Positions 28,331 to 64,000 of a stretch of 64,000 bases of DNA are shown here, piece after piece. Position 1 is the stretch's first letter. Every line of letters starts with the position of its first letter. The stretch covers positions 1-64,000 of the forward strand of contig JAQGDQ010000166.1 in NCBI GenBank assembly GCA_030141605.1. Direction: 5' to 3'. This DNA is from Tubiluchus corallicola (taxonomy: Eukaryota > Animalia > Priapulida). A program made the position numbers and the translations under genes. The notes below the pieces were generated by a model. That model did not search any database and was not told where the DNA came from. It saw only the letters and a program-made list of their open reading frames with translations.

Positions 28331-28666
28331 TTAACAAATTGCTTTCTGCGACATCATGTTCTGTACACAAGTTAACGGAATCTGCACAAGTTTTAACAGC
28401 ACTTCACATACGTCTTTAGCACATCCACAACATACTGAGAATGGTAGAAAGAGAACATACCAGTAAGAGAAGAAAAATCCTATTGGCCACCCCGCGAACC
28501 AGAAAATTAAGAACCAAAGGATTGCCCATATAACCCCCGGGGCTCCACCACCCTCGCCCTGCCCCTGTCCTTCACCAACGCCTTCTCCCTGTCCCCGACC
28601 TTCTCCTTCTCCCTGTCCACGACCTTCTCCTTCTCCTTGTCCCATTCCTAAAAAAGCGAAATCCAT
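28331..28666 (-). CDS. Small uncharacterised membrane protein (111 aa): Gly/Glu/Gln repeats, long hydrophobic hairpin, Cys-rich C-terminus
   Basis: Intact ATG-TAA ORF with a GC-rich repeat region; acceptor tttgcatttag at 28691, 24 nt upstream of the ATG; W/F-rich segment with a central GWP. Confidence 0.8.
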   Translation of the reverse strand: MDFAFLGMGQGEGEGRGQGEGEGRGQGEGVGEGQGQGEGGGAPGVIWAILWFLIFWFAGWPIGFFFSYWYVLFLPFSVCCGCAKDVCEVLLKLVQIPLTCVQNMMSQKAIC

Positions 28667-28817
28667 AAATTTGTTTGAACAGCTTTTTTCCTAAATGCAA
28701 AAAATTGATAGAAATTCCTTAAGCAACAAGTAAGAAATTTATCATATTCAGTTATTCAGCAATAATTTTACCAAAACTAACCGAATCACAGCATAACTTT
28801 TAGTTATGGCTCTTGAT

Positions 28818-29447
28818 TAGAGGTTAGCATTCTCTACCAGAAAGCGAAAGCGAAATCGAATCGAATCGGTTTTGTGACTTTCGACTTCGAATCGAATCGA
28901 ACTTTGGTAATTCGGATTCGAATCAAATTCGAATTGAGACTGAAAGTTTTCGAACAAGTTTTCAAAGCATCAGTAAAAATTAGTCTTACAAAAATCGTGC
29001 ATATTTGTTCTGCAGTTAAACCGCTAATAATTTGTGTAAAATTCTGCACAAATAAATTATGCTAATTGCATGATGTTACAATCGTTGTAATGATTATTAA
29101 AGATAAAAAACTACGCGATTGAAGTTCCAAATTGTTCGAATCTATAGTTTTAGGTTTCGAATCGAATTCGAATTTACTTTTGAAGAGTTTTAAATGCGGT
29201 TTCGAATCACCAATAAAAAGCTGTCTCACACAAATCGTCACAAAGTCGATTTTGTCGACAATCAAAATGCTAATAATTTGTTTAAAGATTATGCAGAAAC
29301 TTGCAACTAAACTCTATTGACTGCATGCAGTTTCAAACGTTTTAATGATAAAGAACGTACGTAGTTGAAAAAGTGAATTAATCAAATTCAAAATTTCAAG
29401 TTCGAGTCGAATCGAATTGAAAAAAACTCTCTCGATGTTCATCCGTA
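28818..29447. mobile_element. hAT-type MITE with GAATC-rich subterminal repeats
   Basis: Perfect 8-bp TSD CTCTTGAT (28810-17, 29448-55); TAG...(G)TA termini; internal ~240-bp direct duplication. Confidence 0.8.
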
Positions 29448-30572
29448 CTCTTGATAATAAATCACTTTACAGTAGCAATTTTCTGCACATGAGTAACATT
29501 ATTACTGTCGGAAAACGTGGTCATTTATATAATCATTAAACTATGAGTTTCCTACAAACGCTTACTGCCGTGGACATCATTTATACTGTAAAAGCATGTG
29601 GCTTCATTTAACAAAAAGCAAGGCAAGGCATTGGTTACCTTTAGTTGATAACTCCTAAACGAAGTTGGTGGCAAAACGTGCTCACATCAAATCAGAAATC
29701 CACATAAAATGCCACTTGTTTATCCAGCCTCTCGGAATCAGATTCAGTGTTTATGAATGTTTTTACCTTGCACGGGGTTGCTCAGGGATGTTGTAGTTAC
29801 TGTTGCTAGGCGCTGCATTGAGACAGGTGAAACCACACCTGTAAGGTAGTGAAGCCAAAGCACCAACACGTGCTAACTACGTTCATATCTTTGTGTGACA
29901 TGACACAATAGGATATTAACAATTTCTAATTTTCTAAATAATACATTAAGTGTTATTAATTATGTACATTGTGAGGGCAACTGTTAGTTTTGCTGTTATG
30001 AAAATAATTGGATTATTTTACCCAGTTTTGTGTTGTTGTTTCTGAAACCTGAAAATCATACATAAATAAATAATTAAATAAATATATTTAATAAATAACT
30101 ACCAGCAATAAATTAGCAACAACAAATGACTTGTGCGGTAGTATTTGTAGGTTTTGTGCTTTGCAAGCCATGCAGCAATGGTTGGTTGGATGTATACTGG
30201 GGGGGGGGGGGGTTGCCTGGTTTCTTGGTTAGTTAACTGGCTCTTTAGTTTGATGACCCGTTAGTCAGGTTACAGTATAACGATGATTTCATTGGGACGT
30301 GTGGTGCAGTCTGCATGTCGCCCTTTTACAAACCTGTCAGTCTTAGTTAATATTAGTAAATAACGAGTTAGTGATTTAGATCTATATTGTAGCATCCTCA
30401 TGTATAACACAAAGCCCGTAACATCCTGCCTACTGTATGTCTGTTTATCTAACGCAAAGCAGCTTTTTGCTGAATTAAAGTTATAGAGAGAGTACAATGG
30501 ATGACGTCACTACAATGGCATGCGTCAGCAGTTTTCTAAGCGAAAATTGCCGAAAATAGAACATGTAATTAA

Positions 30573-31084
30573 CTCGTCGGTACTCCTCTCGGTGGACCTG
30601 TCCTAAAATGTGGCTTACATCATCGTGTAGCCCTGTTGTTCCTCTTTCTAAAGAGCCGTATATCTCCTTCCGAGAGTCCCACCGGGCGACGCTAGAACGT
30701 TTTTCCCGCATGCTGTTTGGTCAAAATTTCGAAAAAATCGCGAGTTGGGTCCGGGAAAACGCCCGTTACGGGACGCCGTGGTCGTCTCGCGAATTCTAAA
30801 TAGGCCTATGACACCCACCGCTGAACGGGCTATCTATCCATACCCAGCACCACCCTCGACCCGTTCCCGTTCTCCACATCTCAGCCGTATAACTTTTGCA
30901 AAAAACGGCCGAAAAATGGCCATTTTTGGAGGTTTTTTGCCCCCCCCTTCCTCCCGGTGGGCCCGATTCGAATAATAAACCATCAATAGTACGACACTAG
31001 ATCGATGTATAGATCGCCGCAAATGGTGCCCTCGTCGAAGCTGTAGCCTCGAATCTTATATATATATATATATATATATTAAGA
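30573..31084 (-). mobile_element. Probable non-autonomous Helitron
   Basis: Minus strand starts A|TC followed by (TA)n and ends ...CACCGAGAGGAGTACCGACGAG|T (degenerate hairpin and CTAG); GC-rich body; no TSD. Confidence 0.45.
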
Positions 31085-31142
31085 TACAAAGAATAGTAAT
31101 ATAAGAGATTGCAAAGTAGGCTCGTCCGGAAGCAGTAAATTT

Positions 31143-31149
31143 AAAAAAA
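31143..31149 (-). terminator. RNA polymerase III poly-T terminator of tRNA-Pro
   Basis: T7 run 2 nt downstream of the tRNA 3' end on the minus strand. Confidence 0.8.
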
Positions 31150-31151
31150 GC

Positions 31152-31223
31152 GGGCTCGTCCGGGATTTGAACCCGGGACCTCTCGCACCCAAAGCGAGAA
31201 TCATACCCCTAGACCAACGAGCC
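31152..31223 (-). tRNA. trnP-TGG: tRNA-Pro (anticodon TGG)
   Basis: GGCTCGTTGGTCTAGGGGTATGATTCTCGCTTTGGGTGCGAGAGGTCCCGGGTTCAAATCCCGGACGAGCCC, the canonical metazoan tRNA-Pro sequence. Confidence 0.97.
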
Positions 31224-31325
31224 TCACTCTGTTGTAACTGAGGTTTGCAAGGTAGTTACACATAGCAGCTAGTAAATAATTAAAACTTGTGAAACACATT
31301 TCCTTGCAGATTAATTGGCCTTTAA

Positions 31326-32038
31326 GTGACAAGAAAAGGGGTACCTGAAGTAGGTTTCAGAAAAATCGGATTAAAATTATATTACTTTATAGCAATTTTA
31401 TGCATATATCGTACTCGTGTTGAAAGGATTTTTTGTTTGTGTTTTATTTTAAATCTCCAGTAATGCTGTTCCGACCGCGCCATTACATGACGTCATGTAC
31501 GCACAACGTAAGTCAGGGGAAGAAAAGAAATGTTAAACTGTGTCCCGAAAAACTTTCTATGCAAAGTTATATTATGTATGTATACTGCAGTGTGCAGTGT
31601 GTAGTATTGCTGAACATTTCGCTTATCTGCTGGAAAGACTTATATAAGTAGAAAAGAAAATTATTAATTATTTAAAATGTTTTCACCAAGTCGTAAAATG
31701 TCCTGACTCATCCTTTAGGGAGCCCAACTCACTAACCAAAAAACGTATTTTTAATCTTATTGACGAGGTACAGCAATTTAAAATTTTACTTAGTTAGTGA
31801 CTTGTGCACTTCAAATGCTCTGATTATTTTTGAAATTTTACTCTGTATTATCCAAACTTGTTTCAAACAACCCATCGTTAAAATAACTGCGCCAAATTAT
31901 CACCGGGAGTTTAAATTTACAAGTTTTTACAGTGTTACTGCCGAGGCAAGCCCAGTATGCAAAAAGGCTGTATATAAGTTGTAAAAAATTTTCAAAACAA
32001 ATTTTTTAAGCTTTATGCGAGTGGATTTTCTTGTGTTT
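31326..32038 (+). mobile_element. Family C element
   Basis: Collinear with 9453-10100 and with the reverse complement of 2288-2950. Confidence 0.7.
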
Positions 32039-32280
32039 TAAACAAAGAAATATAAAAAAACAAGATAACGCTTAATTAATTTTATTATTTATTTCTGCAT
32101 TTGTTAGAACATAAAATATAAGATATCGAATACAAAATTAAAACTGATGATAACAACCAGTTTTATAACCTAACCGGCTTCTATCATCACAGACTTGTCA
32201 CCTGCCCTACGATTACAATAACCTTAACAAGATCGAGGCATCAAATTAAATGGTTTTGCGAAAAGAAATACACAAACTAA

Positions 32281-33127
32281 AGCTACGACTCCATGTGCGC
32301 GTAATCGTGATCCGTAATGCGTGATGCGTATTGACTGTTTCCATGTGTCCGTAAACGCTATACGTATTAACAAAGCTCACGGCGTTCTTTCCGCCATTTT
32401 TGGTCCCTATTCGTGAAAATTGCAAACAATAATATTTGGAAACCATGTCTCTGTAGAAACTTAAGCGTGATAATTACAGCTGCGGCATTAGCTTATTATT
32501 GTACCATTAGATGGAAAAGAAATCAAAGGTTTTGGGTGCACAACATTTTGCAGGGAAGAGAACAATATGACACGTATCATTATTTAATGAACAAACTGCA
32601 GTTAGATGCACAACACATAACTACATGCTTCTTCCACCTCTCAAAAACTAAAATAGAAAAAAACATTTTTGTTTGTAGGTCCTAAACTCGAGTTTTCAGA
32701 AACTCCACTAAACTAGAGTTTTCAGAAAGCTAAACAGCGAAAATGGTCACCGGCAACTTGAAAACTCGCTATAATCACCTAGGCAACAGCGGTTTCCCGT
32801 CTGCGTATTGCAGCGTGGTGCGTATTTGGACGATAGCGATCACGTTTGAATGAATACGGATCACGCATTACGAACACATGGAAGCACTTCTACGTGTTTA
32901 AACACAAACTGTTGTATACGCATCACGCGTTACACATCACGCATCACGCATTACGAACACATGGAAGCACTTCTACGTGTTTAAACACAAACTGTTGTAT
33001 ACGCATCACGCGTTACACATCACGCATCAAGCATTACGAACACATGGAAGCACTTCTACGTGTTTAAACACAAACTGTAGTATATGCATCACGCGTTACG
33101 CATCACGTACACATGGAGCCATGGCTA
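32281..33127 (+). mobile_element. PIF/Harbinger-derived non-autonomous element with transposase N-terminal remnant and internal tandem repeats
   Basis: Imperfect TIRs AGCTACGACTCCATGTG / CACATGGAGCCATGGCT; fragment RFWVHNILQGREQYDTYHYLMNKLQLD typical of HARBI-type transposases; three ~83-bp repeats at 32863-33110. Confidence 0.7.
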
Positions 33128-33922
33128 AAGTTTTTTTTTCACTTATTCGCTTAACTGTTACTACTTCATATGCATTTGATGACAATTTATGTTTAAGTGC
33201 AGAAAAACAAGTTATAACATAATCATGAAGTAGTTTAGAAAGATACAGGATAACACCGTTAGTTATTTTGAAAAACGCTGTACGTTGTTAGAGGTGGGTA
33301 AAGAAATCAATTATCTCCTAAACCGTGAAAACTAAGAAAAAGGTAACTGTTATTGGGTGATATGAAAGTGAACCTGAAAATTTCAAAAATGTCGTCGTTT
33401 TTTAATTAATTTTTGGCCCCGGTGATGCCATCTTGGATTTATTGATATATCTGAAAAGTATCAAAATCGATTTTGGTCGATTTTTTATTATACGTTCCTG
33501 AAGCCACGTTCTAACAGAATCATAAGAGGAAAATTCTATTGCAATTTGTTTAAGGTTGCTTACCATCTTCCCCCCCCAAAGGCTTCACAAACAATAGTAA
33601 TAACAATATCTATAAACTATATGTTTCACGTAACATTATTATGTTAGCTTATCAATAAATGTAAGCAATTAACATAGATTAATTTGAATGCTTTCTCATT
33701 TCCACAATTTCATAACGTAAATTGAATTATTTACATACTGATAATTATATACAAAAGCTCTATTACAATACGGCAATGTTTAACTTTAGCACCCATTATT
33801 AATGTAATAAGTATTCTCATAAAATCGTTCAATTTAAAGGCAGTTCCTATGAAATTAGAGAAAGAATTGTTAATTTAGACGCACCAAAAAGTAACATCAT
33901 TTTACAAACAATAAATATATAA

Positions 33923-34161
33923 CGGCGAGTTCAAACTAGCGAGTGACAGCAAATTCGCAAGTGTGAACTGCTTTGCCAGTTACTGTAAGCAAGAAATTGC
34001 AACTCTCCCATAGCTGCTGCGTGTTGAGTTACTGTCTAGTGTGAATGCCTTGACGAGTTACTCTAAACATTTCTCGCAGTGAATATGGAAATGAGTGACA
34101 TCTTGCACTTATAGGCGGAGAGTAACTTGCAACAAATTTGCTCTCCAGTCTGAACACGCCG
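33923..34161. mobile_element. Harbinger/Tourist-type MITE
   Basis: TIRs CGGCGAGTTCAAACT / AGTCTGAACACGCCG with TAA on both sides; a related inverted copy lies at ~50778-51070. Confidence 0.75.
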
Positions 34162-34279
34162 TAAGACTGAATAACAAAAAGGTAAGTTCATTTGTGACAA
34201 ATTCAATGCCAAATTTAAATTTACAAATGAATTCGTCCACAGTAGTTGTTCAACTATTGAAATTTTTAAGTTTCAATGC

Positions 34280-60266
<25,987 letters not shown>

Positions 60267-60293
60267 CTATAAATAAAAGAAAATTATATAACA

Positions 60294-60724
60294 TGATGAT
60301 GATGATGATGATGATGACGACGACGACGATGATGACGACGACGATGATGATGATGATGATGATAATGAAGAAGAAGGAGAAGATGTTGATGATGACGACG
60401 ACGACGACGACGACGATGATGATGATGATGATGATGACGATGATGATGATGACGACGATGACGATGATGATGATAATGAAGAAGAAGAAGAGGATGACGA
60501 TGATGATGACGACGACGACGATGATGATGTTGATGATGATAATGAAGAAGAAGAAGATGATGATGATAATGAAGAAGAAGATGATGATAATGAAGAAGGA
60601 GAAGATGATGATAACGACGATGATGATTATGATGACGATGATGATGACGATGATGACGACGACGACGACGATGATGATGATGATGATGATGACGATGATG
60701 ATGGCGACGATGATGATAATGATA
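60294..60724. repeat. (GAT/GAC/GAA)n trinucleotide array
   Basis: Direct reading. Confidence 0.95.
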
Positions 60725-60829
60725 AATCTTTTATTGAACAAAATTACGATACAAAAATATGCAGGGAGTGCCTGTTTACAAAAGTCTAACAAATTTACGG
60801 CTTAATACAGTGTAGCGAAATAAAAATGA

Positions 60830-61965
60830 TAAACGCTATGAAACTTTTAATATGGGTGTGACATACGTTATTTTATGTCACTTCCTTCTGCCTTATAGAG
60901 ACTAAATTTCACAGCTAAAAACAAGGTATTCCTTTACCTTACAATATGGCAAATCTTTTTTTAAACGGCATGAAACTTTTATTATAGGCGTGACATGCGT
61001 TATTTTATGTCACTTCCTTCAATGTTATAGAGACTAAATTTCACAGCTGAAAACAAGGTATTCCTTCATTTTACCATAATGCAATTTAACAGTTTGACAA
61101 TTTCGTTATTTAAGCAATACGATAATTTCATATTACAGGTTTTGAAATCTGAAGTTTCTCAAAATAAAATCATCTTTAATTAATCAAATAAAAAGCATCA
61201 ACAATTATTCTGTCTTTTTTATACAAAACACTTGAACGAAGTTCATTATATCCAATCAAATTTCTGAACCTATTTTGTTTTTCATTATCAACAACTATGC
61301 AATCACACACAAGTTCTCAGGACTCTTAACTACTCCACTGTTAACTAATGAATTACTTGTATTTTTTAACTAACTATCTATGTAACTATATTTTTGATAA
61401 CCAGTTGTATATATCTGTTCTCGTCTAGAATTTATTTGTTGCACAGTGTAAAAACTTCGATCAGTAATTTTACTGTATGTCAATCCAGTTAAAATGAATA
61501 AAGTTTATATATATATCTCCAAATCTCTATGCCACATACCAGGCGTTTCTAAAGAAGATAGTTCACTGATGCTTCTTGAAAGAGCTTAGAAATACGTACA
61601 TTACACTACCGAACATTTTTCGGCCAGGCACGATAGCGAACCACCGCTTATTTAAATTTGAAAACACTTTAACAAGCAGAGCTGGATGCTTGCTCAGCCT
61701 AGTAGCAAAACAATGCAATTGTTTCGACTTTGAGAGATATATTACCAGAATTTTCCATGCACAGAGAACCTAAGATGATATATATTTGCAAAAAAACGAT
61801 TTTCATTCGGCCAAGCACGATCGCGAACCACCGCTTCTTTAATCTTAAAGCACTTTAACAAGCAGAGCTGGAAGTTTGCTCAGCCTAGTAACAAAACAAT
61901 GTAATTGTTTCGACTTTGCAAGATAAATTACCAGACACAGAGAACCAAAGATTGAATATATTTGC
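60830..61965. repeat. Two local tandem duplications (~133 bp at 60830-61075; ~190 bp at 61617-61965)
   Basis: ATGAAACTTTTA...ACAAGGTATTCCTT occurs twice; CGGCCA.GCACGAT.GCGAACCACCGCTT...ATATTTGCAA occurs twice. Confidence 0.85.
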
Positions 61966-63084
61966 AATTTCCCGTTTCTGTATTATTCGTGCGCTTTTGC
62001 AAGGTTCCCAGGTGTTCAACTTTATTGAGAAGAACACGCAATAAAAACTACAGATTTTTTCTGCTTTCTAAACCGCACGTCTTGTGAACAAATCTCTTTA
62101 TTTACCAACTATTAATTTCCCGCGTTAGTTTGTCAGTGAAATATCTCAAAGTTTTTTTTCAGAAAGTAAGACTTATAACGACTAGTGTGACCACCCCCTG
62201 TGGGCTTGACTCAAACAATGTACAGTACTTACTTAAAAAAATCATCGCAGGTGGGTGCAAAAAGTAGGTTTTTTTTAGAAAATGCTTTTATGGTGAGTAG
62301 CATTTTTGTACATTTTTTTGTTACAGTTTCTCGCTTTGAGTTCGAGTAATCTTAAATGAAAGAACAAGTCACCTAGCATGATGAGTTTATTTTACTGTTG
62401 TCACTTAAACTTAGAAAAATACGACAAAGAAATTTGCAAAAAGACAGTGTATAAGGAATGATGTTAATTTTTACGACCACTGTGTCGAAATTTTCGGGAA
62501 CGATGGTTGCCGCCATTAACTTAAAAATTATGAGGTATTTGGTGGATTTCGTGACTCTTCGTAAGCGTTTTGTAGCTTTCCGTAAGCGCGCGCTGCTTAA
62601 ACTAATTCAAACTTCTGCAGCTTACCTAATTTTCATGCAAAAATATTACAAAATCGGCTATCTAATTATTTTTAAAAACTTATTATACTTTTAATGAAGA
62701 TTGACCATGGCCTACTTTTCTTCAGGACGAATGACGTCATTGAAAGAAGAATGGGCATTAAAAATCGGAGCGTCCAAAGATGAAGTGATCACGCCTTTAA
62801 AGTGACTTTACACGAGGCGCTTATTGCAGTTTTATTACTAAATCCTTCCAACACTTTCACGAACATTGAAATAAGTTTAACTTCCCAGAAGGGTTGACTT
62901 TTCCTTTAATTATTAGGAAGGTAACACATACAAGCATACGCCGACAGATTAAAGGAGCCGACATTATTTATAAGCATCTATTTCTCAATTCGTTTCAGTT
63001 TGGCTTTCATTAAAACTAAATCAATCCCCTTTCTGGCAATAAACAGACTCGGTTGTAATTATAATTTGTGAGAAAATTACACAC

Positions 63085-63135
63085 TTGATAATTACTAGGT
63101 CGCTGAATACTTTCCAGCCGCTTCGAATTCCTAAA

Positions 63136-63186
<51 letters not shown>

Positions 63187-63216
63187 AAGAGAGAGAGATG
63201 GAGGGAGCGAGAGAGG

Positions 63217-63257
<41 letters not shown>

Positions 63258-63337
63258 GGGAGAGAGAGAGAAAGAGAAAGAGAGAGAGAGAGGAGAGAGA
63301 GAGGGGAGAGAGAGAGAGAGAAAGAGAGAGAGATGGG

Positions 63338-63385
<48 letters not shown>

Positions 63386-63571
63386 AACAGAGAGAAAAAG
63401 AGAGAGAAACAGAGAGAAAAAGAGAGAGAAACAGAGAGAGAAGGAAAGAGAGAGCGAGGGGGGTGCAGAAATTAAATAAGAGCAATCTAAATTGGTGATT
63501 AACTTTATTTATTTAACAATAAATTACTCAGTTTTTGCAGAAACTGCATGGGAAAGGTACTTGGAATGATC
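63085..63571 (-). CDS. Candidate upstream formin micro-exons 63571-63528 (IIPSTFPMQFLQKL) and 63130-63085 (RIRSGWKVFSDLVIIK)
   Basis: AG acceptors, weak donors (GTAATT, GTGTGT); phases chain into 60266; loose similarity to the FMN lasso start IEPSCPMKPLYWTRIQ. Confidence 0.3.
63140..63457. repeat. (GA)n microsatellite
   Basis: Direct reading. Confidence 0.95.
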
Positions 63572-63664
63572 CTGCAGACAACAAAAGAGCAAACTGAAGA
63601 AAATGAGAACTTTTGTAAAATCAAAACTTACAGTAAATGATATTCAAATTTCATGATTAATAAC

Positions 63665-64000
63665 ACAATGCAATGCAATGCACATTGCATAGAATGCAGT
63701 GGATTACAATGAAAGGCAGCAAATGCAATACAGTTAACATTAAATACGTACGAACAGTATAAACAGTACGAAGAAATGCAGTGCAATGCAATGCACTCTA
63801 CTCAAACAATATTAAATGAAATGTAGTAGAATACGACGAAATGCAGCGTAATGCAAAGCAATGCAATACAGTTATTGTTAAATGCAGTGCAGAGGAGTGC
63901 GACGAAATGCAGTGCAATGCAATGCAGTCAACTCAATTAACATTAAATGAAACGTGGTGGAGTACGACGAAAAGCAGTGTAACGCAGTGCAATGCAATAC
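63665..64000. repeat. Degenerate (AATGC/AGTGC)n pentamer satellite
   Basis: Direct reading; runs off the window end. Confidence 0.8.

Overview
AT-rich, repeat-dense eukaryotic DNA, probably from an invertebrate (lophotrochozoan-like; this is an inference). It has GT-AG introns and no prokaryotic or CRISPR features. Supported genes are all on the minus strand. (1) A multi-exon FMN/Cappuccino-type formin: I assembled 11 in-phase FH2 exons by eye (60266 to 38295, including the GNYMN motif), which splice in frame to a 2.4-kb exon encoding an ~807-aa low-complexity tail; its 5' end is unresolved. (2) tRNA-Pro(TGG). (3) A 111-aa Gly/Glu-repeat hydrophobic membrane protein. (4) A two-coding-exon single-Ig type I membrane protein ending in a PDZ-binding motif. 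The rest is mostly non-autonomous DNA transposons (TTAA-flanked Kolobok-like, hAT with 8-bp TSDs, Harbinger, a pogo deletion derivative, a probable Helitron), SINEs, LINE and Penelope remnants, satellites and microsatellites. The most notable observation is that the formin has Glu at the normally invariant actin-binding Ile and carries a long Tyr/PxxP-rich tail, suggesting a repurposed 'pseudo-formin' scaffold. Penelope-type minimal hammerhead ribozyme motifs also lie in one of its introns. All alignments and family assignments are by eye and from memory; none was computed.
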